DNA from: Thalia democratica
Taxonomy: Eukaryota
DNA length: 64,000 bases
Assembly: GCA_965202585.1 (NCBI GenBank)
Contig: OZ241832.1
Span: 30,194,001 to 30,258,000 of the forward strand
Direction of reading: 5' to 3'
The position numbers and the translations under genes are program-made. How positions within the stretch are numbered: the first letter of the stretch is position 1; each line of letters begins with the position of its first letter. The notes under the pieces are model-generated. The model ran no database searches, had not been told where the DNA came from, and saw only the letters and a list, made by a program, of their open reading frames with translations. This document shows, in pieces, positions 13,236-27,790 of the stretch.

Positions 13236-15128
13236 GGCTATAAATAAAAAAGGCGCTAGAGATCAGATTTTAAACTTGTTTTGAAGCTGATAAGTGCATA
13301 GGCACGAAACTCGAGTCCTTTGAGTTTTATATCTTGAAATAAACCTTTTTATTTATATATAATTTATATATATTTATGTATATATAAAGGTTTTATAGTT
13401 TTTACAAATTATAATAAACTGTAACTAACTGACGATCACATGAAATTTTACATTTCAATGTGTGAAACAGCTGTTTAAATTATAGTTTTTATATAATTAG
13501 ATATATATTTTTATATATATGTACTAACAAAATACATTACAATAATAGGTTTTGTATGAAAAGAAAAAACTTTCAAGAATTCAAAATCTTGGATAAGCAG
13601 AATTATCAAATTATATCGCACCAAAAAACTCAACTCCTAAGAAAAGAAAATAGAAAGATAAATACTTATCATTTAGCTTTTTTTACCTAGAAGTAAATCA
13701 AGTTTGTCAGATAAAGTAGTTGTCGATTGTATGCTTTGTAAAACAACTTACAGCAACCGAGTCTGGTTGGATAGTAAATTTCAAAAACACTTGGGAAAAC
13801 AACAAAAAGAGCATTTGAACAAATCTAAACAGTTTTTACAAAAACTACTCCAAAATTAAATTCTTTAATTAAGTTTTGGGTTTTTTTAAACACTTTAAAT
13901 ACAAAAAAAAATTAAAAAGTCATACTAGAAGTAGTCCTGCAATATTATCTTGAACAGAAGTAGTACATTACTAAATGCAGAGAAAAACACAATTTACTGA
14001 TTCTTGAGATAAAAAAGTGATTGTCTTAAAAATTGCAGATTTTTTCTTTGGTAGAAATGCAGCAAAAAAACTGAAACAACTCCTGTATCTGACTCCAAAA
14101 AAGCTAGAAGATGCATGCTTATAGTATTTAATAAATATACCTAGGAATTCTACTTTACAACAAATTAAACATTTACACACTAAAAATGAAAAATAAGATC
14201 TTGACCCCTTTGGTTGAAATTATCAAATTTAGAAAAGTGCATCTATCCTAAAAAATCAATTACATAAGAGAAATGTCATGTGTCCCTTTTACAACTTTTT
14301 TGTAATTTTGGATATTATTAAGACAGATATGTAAAGCTGTAACTTTAATTGGTTTTATTCAAGGTTGTTTATTTTTTAAAATAGAATCAAAGTAATACTG
14401 ATTAAACAAACATATCTTCAGAGTAACTACGTTTATCATTTTTATATGATTTTTAAAAGTTATGTAATTTTTATTATTCGTTGTAGAGAGGGAGTAGACC
14501 AGGGTTTCCCAAAGTGGGCGATATCGCCCCCCTGGGAGCGATTTTAGTATTTTGGGGGGCGATAATTAGTAAGGGGGCGAAAGGGTGGGCGATATCTAGT
14601 ACGGGGGCGAAAAGGGGGCGATTTTAAAATTTTGGGTTGTCATAAGATTTTTCTTTTTTTCTTGCTATTTTACTATTTTTAGCTTGCTATTAATTATTTG
14701 ACCCTGAGGTAAAACTTAAACAAAAAAGTTTATTTTATTTATGAAAAAAAAAGAAAAATATCTAGTGCTTATGACTCATAATTTCAAGTAAATACTATAT
14801 TTTCAATTATATATTTCCATATTTAACAATTACATATATCATAGATGATTGGAATCCCTCTCACTATTTTATAACCTGATAATATGATATTTTGGGTTAT
14901 AAATGGTTCGTAAAAATCTATGTTATTTTTTACTAACTATCACCTCATGATATTTCCAGTTGCTTTTTGAAAAGTCACTAACTTAGACTAAGAAATAAAA
15001 CTATACAGGGTTGCCAATTTACCTAGAAACCTGGAAAAACCTAGAATTTGACAATTTAAGCAAAAAAACTCCTGGAAAAAATCTGCAATTTTTAACAATT
15101 TTAACATTCTAAGTAGTAAAATTTAGAT

Positions 15129-15470
15129 TTGAAACAAAAAAGCTATCATATAGATAAAAGTATGGATCCCTTCGAGGCAAATACTTTTGAAGTAAACGAC
15201 TTACAGGAAACCTTCTCAGACTTACAAAATGACCTTGAACTTAAAGTAAATTCTTCCAAAGAACGATATGAAAGCTTTTGGACTCAAAAAAAACTAAGGC
15301 AAAGTATCTAATCGTTTTAGAGGAATTTAGATTGTTGTTTATAGCTTTTCCTTCTAGCTATGTTGTTGAGAAAGCTTTAAGTTCAGTTATCAACATCTTC
15401 AGCAAAAGGTCTAATCTAGATATTTATAAAGGAGGTGACTTAAGGCTCTATTTTACTAATTAAGAATAAG
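15129..15470 (+). pseudogene. hAT C-terminal dimerisation-domain remnant
   Basis: DLQNDLELK...FW / LLFIAFPSSYVVEKALSSVINIFSKRSNLDIYKGGDLRLYFTN matches FPSSYLVE.GFS.V..L..K.RN.L.I..RGDLRL.LT; split over two frames. Confidence 0.8.
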
Positions 15471-15695
15471 ATTAGAAAACGTTGCAAGCAGTCATATTCC
15501 TCATCCTTCACATTATATTAGACTTCAGTAGCAGACATTATTTTATGGAAGTTTTTTTATTTCATTTAATCTTTTGAAGTATTTCTTATTTAACCTGGTT
15601 TGTATTGTATTTAAGTAGTCTTTTTATAATAACAACTTTATAAAGCTATTTATTCTACAACAGGTTTGCATAATGCCTAATAAATATTATTTGCG

Positions 15696-16010
15696 GTAGA
15701 CTTCCTCTTGAGTTCGCACTTTTTACCCAAAAAAAAATGCAAAAATTTATTTTCTTAAATTTAACTAAGTAAAGTCTATTACTAACTAAATATTAATAAA
15801 ACAAAATATATATAATATTTAATAGATTATATAGATCTTTTTTTTTTTTTGATGAAAGTTTATTTTATGTTTTAGTGGATTTCATGTTTATTCATAACAT
15901 TATTCAATATAACATTGAAATTTATCATTTTGTAAAAAAAATATGGTAATAATTTTTTGAGTTTGCACTTTTTGTTTTTTTTTAAAGTGCGAACTCAAGC
16001 GGAAGTCTAC
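15696..16010. mobile_element. 315-bp MITE nested in the hAT
   Basis: 27-bp TIR with one mismatch: gtagacttcctcttgagttcgcacttt versus the reverse complement of aaagtgcgaactcaagcggaagtctac; AT-rich non-coding interior; TSD not clear. Confidence 0.8.
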
Positions 16011-18039
16011 TATATTTATTAAATGGTTTATGTTTTAAAGATTTTAATAATTTTATTTTGACCTGGTTAATTTTGTAGTTGATATTCGTTGATTTACATT
16101 ACGCTAAAAACTTTTATAGCATAGTGATTAAAATATTTGTTTGAAAGACCTTTTTTGACAGGTTTTTGTTATTACTAGTTTAATCTGTATACAACTTATA
16201 TAACTATAAAACTATTATCTGATTGTAATACTTTGACAACCATTAAAGTTTTTATTTCTAAAAAGATTTTTTTGGTTTTAAAAGAGTATAAATTTGAGGT
16301 CTCTATTTGAAATGACTTCTACTTTTTCATTTAAAAGTTTCTTAAAAACAATTTTATTTTCTAACTTAATTTATTATTGTTTAAAAGTTTATTATAATAT
16401 AAGGAGTTTTAAACTATTAATACAACTGTTTTTTGTTTTATCTGAATTCAATATACATTAGCAATTAGAATATACTTAGTTTATTTTAATACTTCAACAC
16501 TAGCTTTTAGTTTTTCACTATTTTCCTCTGTTAAATTATTGTAGGCTAATAGCTAGAAAAAAAACTTTTTAAACAGAATTAAATAAGCCATCAAAAAGAT
16601 TGCTACAGTTACAAAACAAAATTTAAACCTAGTTAAAAGTTTTTTTTAATTGATCACTTTCTGTTCACAGAATTAACTGTAAAAGATTGGATTTTTTTTG
16701 AATTTAAATAAAGAAAAAAAATTGTTAGAATTAAGGTTTAGTTCCCTAAAGATTATTCCAAGTCAAATGCTATTTCATGGTATTCTACTACGAAAAAATA
16801 GTTTAAAAAGTTAAAAATTAAATTTTTAACTTTTCAACTAAATTGCTTACAATATATCTTAGCATTAAAATTAGTAAATTTACTGCATTAACTTAAGCTG
16901 TTGATGAAACCACTTTTCATGTGAGATAATCAACCAGTCGGTCAAACTTCCTTTAAATAGATTAGAAATAATGTTTTAATATTTATAACATTATGTGTAA
17001 AATAAACTGTTAATTCTTTTAAAGTTTTTTAATCTCTTGTATAGATATTTTAAAAAAGCCTATTTATAAAGTAATTTAAGTATTTTGTGCGGCTTAGTAT
17101 TAACTTCTAAATGTCTGAAATTTGTTATATGAGATATTATTAAAATGTCAGGTTTAAGTTAAAATTTCAAGTGGGTAACGTACGGCTCAGATCCAGTCGC
17201 AGATCCAGTCGAATTTCGACCCGTCAAGTAAATTGAAAACTACTTGTGCAAAATAAATAAAATTTAGTTTTTTGATATTTAATATTTTGATATACGCTTT
17301 CATTTCGTTTTCAGTTCACAAAAGTATTTCCTAGATCACAATAATACAAAATCATTTTATTACAACTTTGCTCGAGTTTTTTAATTTTCTTATTTGTAAT
17401 TTTTCTAAATCATGCAGCCCGCAATTACATTTTCTATCGAGCTGAAAATAGAAAATATTTTTTATTAAATATGAATTGCTGACTACAAAAGTTGTCCACC
17501 ACTGACGTAAAAGTTTCAATAGTTTCAAAACAGATCATATTTAAACAGAATTGATTACAGATTACTCAAGGCTTATAATAATTAAGTATTTTGATACATT
17601 TTACTGGGCTTCTAAGAAAATAACTGTAAATTATTTTCTCAAGCCCTGTAAACTACTTTGAACACAAAAGTGCGTGCATAAGAAGTACAAGACTAAATTA
17701 AATTTCGTACACAGCTTTTTTTAGCTCAAAAGTTTGTACTCAAAAGAAAAACTACGTTGTAAAATCGTGGGGGGCGATTTTTTTTCAAGTTACTGAAAAG
17801 GGGGCGATTTAGTAAATGAGTTTGGGAAACCCTGGAGTAGACGAAATTTTAAAAAGCAAATATCAAACAAACTCAGGCAGATAAATTTAGTGATGATGCT
17901 GAAATGTCAAGTGACACTTATAAGTGATTGCCCTATACTGTTTTCCTTGTATTCTGTTTAGAGATGAAGATGCTTGGACAAAAACTGGTTTCAGAAACTT
18001 GTCCAAAATTTCTTCAAATTCTTTAACTTAAGCCAAATC

Positions 18040-20580
18040 TTTCAAGCATTTGGACAATATTGTGTCTTTTAACTTCTTCAGTAAAAATTGCATCCAAATT
18101 CATAAAAGTAAAAGCTACTAGGATAGTATTGAAAAACATAATGAAGAAATGAGAAAAACAGTATTGACTATTTTGATTGACAGTGTATTTTTTTGTGGTC
18201 AACAAGAAATTGCTTTAAGAAGGCACAATTAAACAGAAAGTTCCTTAAATCCTGGTGGCTTTAGGTTTTAGCTTAGATATGCCAGCAAGCTAGTAAGATA
18301 TCTAGAAAGTCACTTAGAAAAAAGCAAAGCGTTTTTTAGGAGTGTCTGCCACAACACAAAAATGAGATTTTGGAATGCGCTTTAAAAGTTTATAGAAGAG
18401 AAGTTGTCTCACAAGTAGAACTACCACACTTTATAGCAGTCATTGATTTTTTTATTAACATTATAAAAAATACTACGTATCATAGGTACTGGATGATTTA
18501 ACAGCTCTAAAGCCTTGAAGTAACTTATATGTACAAAATTAAAGAGTTTAAGTAAAAAACAGCAGGCCAACACCAGATGTTTTAATTACCCTTAATTCAA
18601 AAGGTCAAAAAAAGTGTTTTAAAATATGTTTTAATCTTTAACTTTCTTTCAAGTACTTGAAGGTTGAACTAGATGAAAAAAAACAAGATCATATAAATAA
18701 ATATGATTTTGTTAATTAATATAACAAGAAGATCATATAAATATAATGGAATTTTATTTATTAGACATAAACTTTAAACATGTGTTAAACAATAGATTTC
18801 AAAAAATTATTTTAAGAGAATTTTAAAACAAATAAAGAACATTGATAAAATAAATAATATTATCATCCTGGGTTTATTGTTCATATAAATATCTATGACA
18901 TGCGACATGGACAAATATTTAAAAAATATTTTAAAATAGAAACAGATTAACACACTAAATCTTAGAATCGTGGTTTAAGGTGGTAAAGCACAACATTTAT
19001 TCTGATCAAAAGAAACTTTAAATAACTAAATTTATCACCGATATGTTTCAACACTCAAACGGAAAAAAATCGAGTACAATCTCTTTCAAACAGCAGAAGA
19101 GTTACACAAAAAGTTAAAATGAAAATCGATAAGGGAAGAAAACAACATAATTTGTTAGACAAAAGTAAGGCTTAGTGGAAGAAGGCTGTTAAAAAAATTG
19201 ATAAGACCTATTTTGACCAAACATGATGATTTCAAAATAGTAAAGTTAGGTTTTAAAGCACCTGTTATATGAAAATATGTCACCCAACATTGTACAACAA
19301 CATTCTTGTAGACGCCAACGGGGCGTTGATGGATTACTGCCATTAGACAGTAAATCACAGTAATAGTTTTGTCAATCCATTTAACCGTTGGGTTCATAAC
19401 CAAACAGTAGAAGAGTTTTGGGGAGACCTGAAGGACCACATAAGTGGTCGTGGCAAAGGGATGAAAATCGAATAAAATGTGTTAAGATAATTATTTTAAA
19501 AAATGCACAAAATAAACAAGTTTCATCAGTTGTTGAGAAGTCATTCCCGTACGAAGAATAAGATAAATATTTAATTTTAGCACAACAAAAAAAACCCTGA
19601 TTTTTAAAACATTGTAAATAAATATTTAGACACAGCTTTAAAACTCAAAATGATGTTGAGTTAATCCATTTTTTTGGCAATTGTTGCAAAAGGGGGGAAT
19701 AAGCGGGTCATCTTACCGGACAGTAAACAGTTTCATCTGAGTAACAATCATTGAATAAACTTAGCTACACAAATTATCTTTTTTTTCAAACCAACTTTGA
19801 CTAATAGCGTTTAATGCTGCTTAACAGATACTACATTTACAAATACACAAGTCTAGCTGTCGCAAAAGATTATTGAAGACCGTCTCTAAGTAAGTATGAG
19901 TAGCATTATGTAAGATCGTGTCTAATATGTCAGGCAGTGAAAACTGATTCAGTAAATACAGATGAGATGGTCACTCAAAATAAATTGATGCAATGATCAG
20001 TTTAATGGAAAGTAGACGCGGATTAAGCTTTCCTAAAAATTCTGTTAGGATAATTATAGAAAAATAACTATAAAAAAGTGATTTATACAATTGTATGTTT
20101 GCAGGTGTAAGCATATCATACATAAGTAGGTTGAAAGAAGATACTGTTTCTACACTTCTTCATTTACAAAAAATTAAAACAAAAACTGAAGTAGATATAG
20201 CGTAAGGCTTCAAAAAAGTGCTAAATATGTATGGAATAGAATTAAAAAACGTTGTTTCAGTTTGTAAGTGTGACGTTCTTGAAAAACTTTAAATGTTAAT
20301 TTTTTATTGAAAACTATGTCTGGCCATTTAAATAATAAATGATAAATTTGAACTGATGCTTCAATCGAAGAAAACTCTGGTCACATGAAGTGGTAAAAGT
20401 GACGATGTGGCACAACCTTAAGCCAAAAGGCAACGTAATTTTCAAACAAAATATGGTTGTACAATAATAATTATTAACAACAAATATTACATTTAGTCCT
20501 CGGATGGGGAAATTATAATATTCCTTAGGCTTGACAGCAACAGCACATAAGCATTATAATGGACCAAAAAATATCGTATT
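18040..20580. repeat. Segmental duplicate of ~3600-5640 (hAT fragment, Merlin 3' end, flank, amplified block start)
   Basis: Same order and the same junctions, including ..tcttaccggacagtaaacag.. at 19711 versus 4790; this copy has an extra ~0.5 kb at ~18480-19000. Confidence 0.85.
19290..19717 (+). pseudogene. Second copy of the Merlin 3' end
   Basis: VNHSNSFVNPFNRWVHNQTVEEFWGDLKDHISGRGKGMKI, with an in-frame stop upstream; ends in gcgggtcatcttacc. Confidence 0.7.
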
Positions 20581-20780
20581 TCAACAAATGATTCTAAAAA
20601 ATTATTGTTAAAAATTAATGAATCTTTTTAAAAATTTATATAAAAAAAGTATTTAAAAATGTTGAAAATTTAATTTACTTAGATTTTTCTAAAGATTATT
20701 TAGTTTTCCCTCACAGCGACTCAACAAATAGTTCATCTTGTACACATGGTGATCTTGTCTCCGGTCTAATAAAATTGCTT

Positions 20781-21235
20781 AAGAAAGGTTTGGTACCAAG
20801 TTTACCAACCTCTTCTAAAGTTTTTGAGCCACTGAATATTCTGGGTAAGAGGGTTTTAGGTACATAAAATAGTAAAATAAATGTCTCAGGTCCAATTTTA
20901 GTTAAGAAAGGGATGGTACCTAATTTAGCTAATTCTTCTCAAGTCTTCTAGCCACTGAACACTTTAGGTAAGGCGGTCTAGGTCCATCAAATAGTAAAAT
21001 AAATGTCTCAGGTCCAATTTCATTTAAGAAAGGTTTGGTACCAAATTTACCAACCTCTTCTAAAGTTTTTGAGCCACTGAATATTCTGGGTAAGAGGGTT
21101 ATAGGTATATCAAATAGTAAAATAAATGTCTCAGGTCCAATTTTGGTTAAGAAAGTGATGGTGCCTAATTGAGCTAATTCTTCTAAAGTTTTTGAGCCAC
21201 TGAATATTCTGGGTAAGAGGGATTTAGGTACATGA
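20781..21235 (+). repeat. 123/122-bp tandem repeat array (~3.7 units)
   Basis: aagaaag anchor at 20781, 20904, 21026, 21149; the unit translates as KKGLVPNLPTSSKVFEPLNILGKRVLGTSNSKINVSGPISF (41 aa). Confidence 0.9.
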
Positions 21236-21564
21236 AATTTTGGGTGTCAAACACACAGAAAGGTTAGGGATAAATGCCAAACTGTTGGCCAACAGCTTGA
21301 AAGATAAATTTCAACTGACACTCATTGCAATTGAAGAAAACTCTGGTTACAAGCGGAGGTACAAAACTTCATTTTAAAAATTTCATCTTGGATAAAGAGT
21401 TTTAAAATTTGTCAAAAATACATATTGATATGATATTCAAAACTTGAGAGGACAATTTTTGTGAAGGAAAGATGTATTAGGTACTACAATAGTTAATACC
21501 AAGGAAATCTCCATGGTCTCATACAATTTAACGCTGTAAAAATAGTTTAAGAATCCAACATCAT

Positions 21565-21980
21565 CTTAAACTCTACCACAAGCGATTTAACACAATGGAA
21601 TTTAGATAATGCTGCTGACACACCTCAACAACCAGTTGGTCATAATTGTGGAGTTTATGTTTGCTATAATATAAAAAGTATTTCAAGGATAGAGAACTTT
21701 GTAAAGAGAAAGAAGTCATTCCATCTGATCTCCTAGCTATGAGAAAAGAGATGGTGACAAAGCTTGCTATTGGCTTTTTTTTAGTTAGAATTATTAGTAA
21801 GGTAAGGTAGATATGCATAGATGACAATATCCCAAAACACACGTTTGGAAAAACAATTAAAAACGGAATCTACACCAAAATAAAAGATACGATAAAAAAA
21901 AATTCAATGTAATGACTCAGCCTACGCCTACCCTCTATTTAAAACACACAAACTGAAAAATTCTAAAATAAGTAAAACAA
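21565..21980 (+). pseudogene. Ulp1-like protease C-terminal relic, copy 2, with shared downstream flank
   Basis: AADTPQQPVGHNCGVYVCYN; matches 12190-12600. Confidence 0.6.
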
Positions 21981-22789
21981 GAGTCCTAAAACTAAACATA
22001 CCCGTACGCCTAGTACAGCATCTTTACATTAATTTTTAGACAAGAACCAATTTTATATGAAAAATGTTACTAGTACTTTTTTTTAACTTCTCTACAGAAA
22101 ACATACAACAACAAACAGATATAAGATATAACATAAATCTTATAAAGCTGCATGCTGGAACAACTTCTAGAAGCACATATTTCACACAACAACACATAAA
22201 CTTGTTCAATTTATAGATGAAAAACCAAATTGTACTAGTTGTAATCTATATGATCAGAAAATAACTTTTCTTAAAAATAAAAGTTTAACCTCATCTAAAA
22301 ATTTTATTGAAACCCTGATATATATAGGGACGCACAACAGGTGTCAAATATGAAAAGAAAATGTGCTGTAAATGATAGTAGTGGTAATAAATTTAGAATA
22401 TTTAACTATATTGCAGACGAATTTCAATCAATCGAAAATTGAAATTTCAAAAATCATTTAAGTTAATAAATAACACTTATGACAACTCAATTGATTGGAT
22501 TCGCCTGCTGTCATATTAGATGACATTAAAATACTTAAAGAAAAGCTGTTTTCCTCACATAGAAATAAAGTACTTTGACAAAACCTATAACTGCTTAGTA
22601 TATCACATCAGCACAGTTTCTTTTCTTTCAGAAAGAGTGATAAAAAAAACTAGATAACAGAGTCAGATATAAGGGGTCTATTTCCTCCATAAATCTGGTA
22701 ATAAAATATTTCTACCGAATTTTATGACCATTTAAAAATAGTTATGATGTCCCTTGAAAATAAACATAATTCAAGTTATTCCTTTGAGG

Positions 22790-23065
22790 ATCTGTTTGCA
22801 TTTTGCACAGATAAGGAAGGAGGCACCGTTTCGGCTCTAAAATAATGCTTTAATAACATTGACACATTTTATTGTTGTATTCATGTACAAAAAACATTTC
22901 ATACAAACTTACAAGTAATCCTAAATTAAAATATTTTCTAAGTAGTTTGACTAAATGTAAAACAATAGAAGAATTAAATGATAAATATGCTTTTATAACA
23001 AGCTCTGAATATTGTATTAATAGTAATAAAAATATTCATGATTATGATGATGTATTTTAAAATCA
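22790..23065. repeat. Paralogue of 36420-36703; acts as the empty site for the LTR insertion
   Basis: Aligns with 36500-36703 up to ...gATGT (23050-23053) and continues attttaaaat, like the post-LTR flank ATGTattctaaaat (42936-42949). Confidence 0.75.
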
Positions 23066-25214
23066 AAAATTATGTAATACACATTAACAAGTTTTGTAAA
23101 TGCAGCAGTGACCTGTGCAATAATGAACGATTGTGCAGAGTCAGCAAACGTTAAAATAAAAATCATTTAGAACTTAATACTTCAACTCCCTTAGAGTTTG
23201 AGAGAATTAAACAATCATCAACTCAACCACTTCAAGCAAATGTTTTCTAATAAGGGTGACTATTATCTATAAATATTTGAAATTAAAGCCAAAGCAAGCT
23301 TTAAATCTAATTTTTAATTGCAAAAAGTTTATGATTTAGATTAAATTTTAAGTACTGATTTATCTAACAAATATTTTATAACATCAAATAACTTTGACCA
23401 CAAGCATATTGTTTGTGTCTGGAAAAATGTAAGTGCAGTACATTATAAATTTTAAGTTTTTCACAATACTGAAACAAATTTTTGTTCTGTTCTTTGTATG
23501 AAAATATCTAATTTAATACCTGTAAATGAAACGGATGAAAACATTAATAAATTTTACAACAAATATTACAAACCAAATTGTAGATAAGCTTTTTAATACT
23601 GAAAAACAAAAAAGATTTATAATGCTCAAATTTGGTACAGTAAAAGTTAAGGGGAAAAAGACTTATACGCAAAAACAAAAGTTTCATGTCAAATCAGCTT
23701 CATTTTTTTTTACTTAAGCTCTTTAGTCAGCAAAAAGTTACAGTTAAGTTTGAGCTGCATCCATTATTGGCAAATAAAAAATATTTGAAAAAAAGATTTG
23801 ATCAAAATAAACATAAACTAATTGCTGAATTTATTAGGAAAAAAGTTTTAACTGATACAAATTCAACAACAATCACTTTATTTGTAAGGATATATAATCC
23901 AAAATGTGATTCTAGATTTTTATGCTGGTTTTTTTATACTTGTGACTTTAAATTATTAAATTTTATAGGTGACAAACCTAATTGTAAATGTACCTAATTG
24001 CCTCAATAAGAAAACAACCACTTAAGTATTGATAAAGACAAATCTCCTAGCAAGATTTATTCAAGTCATTATAATTTATTTATAAGACCCACAACAAATT
24101 TCATACCTTATAAGAAAAAATTCTGATATAGTACCAAGTATTTCAAAACGTAGCCGTTGAGCTACAATTTATTGAAAATCAAAAAAATAAAGAGAGTTCT
24201 ATTAAAGTTGTCCATAAAATAGAAAAATTTGACATAAATAATATATGCACCGATCGACCAATAATAACAATATGTTACCACGAACTTTTATTAGCCGAAA
24301 TGTTAAATAGTGCTTGAAATAAAAATTATTGTATTTTGATGAAACATTCAATACATCTATATACTATTTATTCAAAGTGTTGTATAAATATAATTTTAAC
24401 TTATCTAGAAAAACAGGTCATTCAGTTCTCATATTAGCTATGCTTTTGTTGCATAAATTTAGTAGCAAAAAAGGTTTTGGTTGTTATTTTCAAAACTATA
24501 AAACTATTATATTATCTAAAATGACAGTAATATTTGTTAATTTTGAGGACCCTTTTTAATCTGTATTGACTAAGAAAAGGGCATTACATGCGCCATCAAA
24601 AAAACTTTTACTAATATCGAAAGGATTCTTTGCAAAGACATGTTTCTGATAATGTATCCCATAACATAGGAAATAAAAATATTGTAAAACTATTAAAAAG
24701 TTTAACAACCTGAAATATCAAAACGAGTTTCTAGCTAAGAAAAGTGTCAAGTTAGCATCTGAGTCAAATAACTGATTGTGAAATTTACTGATCCTATGCA
24801 TTAAAAAATAATACCTCATAATACTTTTTTAATAATAATTCATTTTTCACGATCCCCTATATGGTCGTTTAATTCTCCCCAAAATCTTTTAATCGTTTTG
24901 GTATGTACCAAATGGTTTGAATGCTATGTAAAAGGTATGTGTCTAATATTTTGCATCTTACTTTGAATCTTATAAAAAAAGAAGTGATAGAGTGTTTTGG
25001 TAGAAAGAAGAATAAGTTTGTAGTAGATTTTTATATTCATATTAAACTTAAATAGACACTAGATCAAATTTATTCGACTGAAACTAATGTAATACTGAAG
25101 ATCTGATGAAATTCTAAGTCGGGTAAAATTTTGTTTAAAAAATACAAATTGGTGATGGATTTGTTCAATATATAAAATAATTAATAACCCGGTATTTGAT
25201 ATATACATGATAAC

Positions 25215-25570
25215 TTGTCTTGGTTTGTCCTTATTACAGAAGATCAGTTTCTTGACGCGATCACATCTTCGAAAGATCTTGGATCTGTTTTAAGTGTAGA
25301 CAGGACTTCTAACTTCGGAGCATATTTCTTAACAGCTATTACTTTAAAAACAACAAAGTTATGTTTAGAAATAATAATTCTAATCATGTGTTATTACAAA
25401 GACATATATGAGAAATAGCAAATTTTAAGTTTTCATGTTGACTGTAATGATAGTTTAACCAGCAAATATAAAAATAAGTCACTATTTTACTACTCCATTT
25501 CTTTACTCAGTATAAAAAGTCCTATTTCGAATGACAACGCTCTATCTCTTACAGTTGCTGAGGCGGTAAA
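25215..25570 (+). pseudogene. MULE-like DDE transposase relic
   Basis: VLSVDRTSNFGAYFLTAITLK resembles the MULE l.vD.Tfn motif; the following sequence (aagttttcatgttgactgta...) is paralogous to 33880-34020. Confidence 0.4.
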
Positions 25571-26769
25571 TCTTAGTGGTGTTAGTAAAAAATATAGTTT
25601 TAATTTAAATGAAGTTGAAGTTATGTCTTCAAAAAGACCAGAAAGCACAAAATATTTGCAAAAAAAATAAACAATGTTGCCAAAGACAATCTCTAAGACA
25701 TTTTGACAATACTAACTCTTCCGGTTTAAACAGAAAAATTTAAAGACTGTTACATAACAGTTTTGTTTGAAAATAAAACTTAATTGTCAATAACAGATGA
25801 TTCAGAGTTGGAATCTTTTTGTCAACAAAGGGTTTGCAAGAATTAATTAGAGAAATGTGTATCATTCTATAAATCCTTAGTTACCAGTTGTGTAGATAAT
25901 GTGAACTTAGGTTGTCAGCAAATTATCTGAAAAGTTCCTGAATTATTCTACAAGCAAATGTAGAAAACTTTAGATATCCAAAAACTTTGAAAAAAAACAT
26001 ATTTACCACAATTCTTCAAATAACATTCAACGCCAACTTAGATAATTAATAATAAAGTTATAGTAGATGATGTTTTGAGAAAAAATCAAAAAACATAAAA
26101 AAAAATTTGTTATATAATTTGTTAGAAAAAGCTCTGGACAATTCAGGACAATAGGCAGGAAAGTAGAAAATTTTCTTTAAATCAGCTAGTTTTGCGTGAA
26201 GAGGAAAAATTCTTAAACTAATGGGAAAATTTATTTTAAATATGGTCCAAGTATTGACAAAGTTCTAATGTTTGCTACTCAAGGGGGAACCTAAGACAAA
26301 CAGGTAAACAATTTTTGATGAGTTAATGCTTGAAGGTTTGGAAGAGTAAAATATCAGAAATAGGGTAGAGTTAGAATCCACAATTACAAAACAAAAAGCT
26401 TTGCTACTTATGCAGGATGTCTAAAAGAAGATTGAACCCTCCCTACCTTATGCACAAAAGAGTGGAAAAGTCAAGAGCAGAAAACTTTTTTGTATTAATT
26501 AAAGAGAACAATTTCTTTAAGTTTGTAACTTAAAACTGTTAAAATCGTTTTAAAAAGTCTAACTTTAAAAGTATCCGCCTTCAAAAGATTATTTCAAAGA
26601 ATTTAACAAAAATACCATATTTACTCAAATCAGTAGCTCATTCGAGAAAATTGGGATTTCGGATTCGGGTTTAGATATCACTCAATGTGTGGCTTGAGGT
26701 TCTGTTCGTTTATGACGATAATTTAGTCCTTAACTTTCTTATGGGAAAGTGTGAATGGTATGATAAAAA

Positions 26770-27790
26770 AAAGAAAATGTATTAGATTGACTAAAAATGG
26801 TTACACCAATGTAAGTATGTAATTTGTTTATTTGTTTGTTAATCTTAATAAAACTTAAATCGAACTTTTCTATTACAATTGTTGCTATAAAATTACAAAA
26901 TAGTAATAAAACTTATAAAGAACAATTTAAAAAGTTGGGTAATAGAAATAAAATAAGATTCCAAACGCGTTTATTGATTTTATTTATCAATATAGGTCCT
27001 AGAGCACTAAAATGCAGGAAAAAATTAAACGTTACAACACACAAGTTTTATTATGCTTACTACAAGAAAAAATAATATTGCTTTAAGCTGACATTTTGTT
27101 GCACTGTTAAATACTGTAATGTGAAATGGAAAGGAGTTGTTAACTAAGAAAATATTGAAATGCAAAGATTTGATGTTCCAAATCACAAAAATACCAATAA
27201 AAATAGGAGGACTAAACTTAGTCAAAAACAATCTGGTAGTAGTGGTATAAATTGAAATCGTAAACATCAATATGCATAAAAACTTTTTAAACATATCTAA
27301 AATAGTAAATCGTTACTTATAAAACTAATTTTACTTAAAAAGAAACTATGGAACATCTGTTAGACAAAAAGAGCAACATTGACTTCGTTGCTAGAAAAAT
27401 GTCAAAATCGGTTAAAAGAAATGACTTAGATAGAGGCAAACAAACCATATTTTGGAAAGAGTAAAAAAAAGACTAGATCTTTTCAAAAAGTTTCAAATTA
27501 CACAATTCTAGTATACTTTTTCAAAAATAATAGTAATTTATATAGGGTTTTCGCGTTCTCAATAAAAGGGCTAGTTTATTTTATTAACAAGCAACTTCGT
27601 GATTGAAAACCCATAAGCCTTATAATGGACCAAAAAAGACTAGATTTTTTCCAAAAGCTTAAAATTACACAATTCAAGCACCTTTATTTAAATACAAAAG
27701 AAAGGGGAGCTAGAGCTCCATTGTCGTCTTAAGAAGGGGTAGTTTATATAATAACTAACAAGCATCTTAGTATTTTGTATGACAACCTTC
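26770..27790. repeat. Copy 4 of the amplified block
   Basis: Collinear with 5890-6538 plus 9592-9965, but without the hAT insertion. Confidence 0.85.

Larger units (their letters stand above)
14500..17834 (+). mobile_element. Internally deleted hAT (Buster-type) element, 3,335 bp
   Basis: 14-bp TIR CAGGGTTTCCCAAA / TTTGGGAAACCCTG; perfect 8-bp TSD GAGTAGAC (14492-14499, 17835-17842); GGGGGCGAT subterminal repeats at both ends; a transposase C-terminal remnant inside. Confidence 0.95.

Noticed and set aside
20781-21235. CRISPR-like array
   Set aside because: Units are contiguous 122-123 bp repeats without unique spacers, and no cas genes are present.
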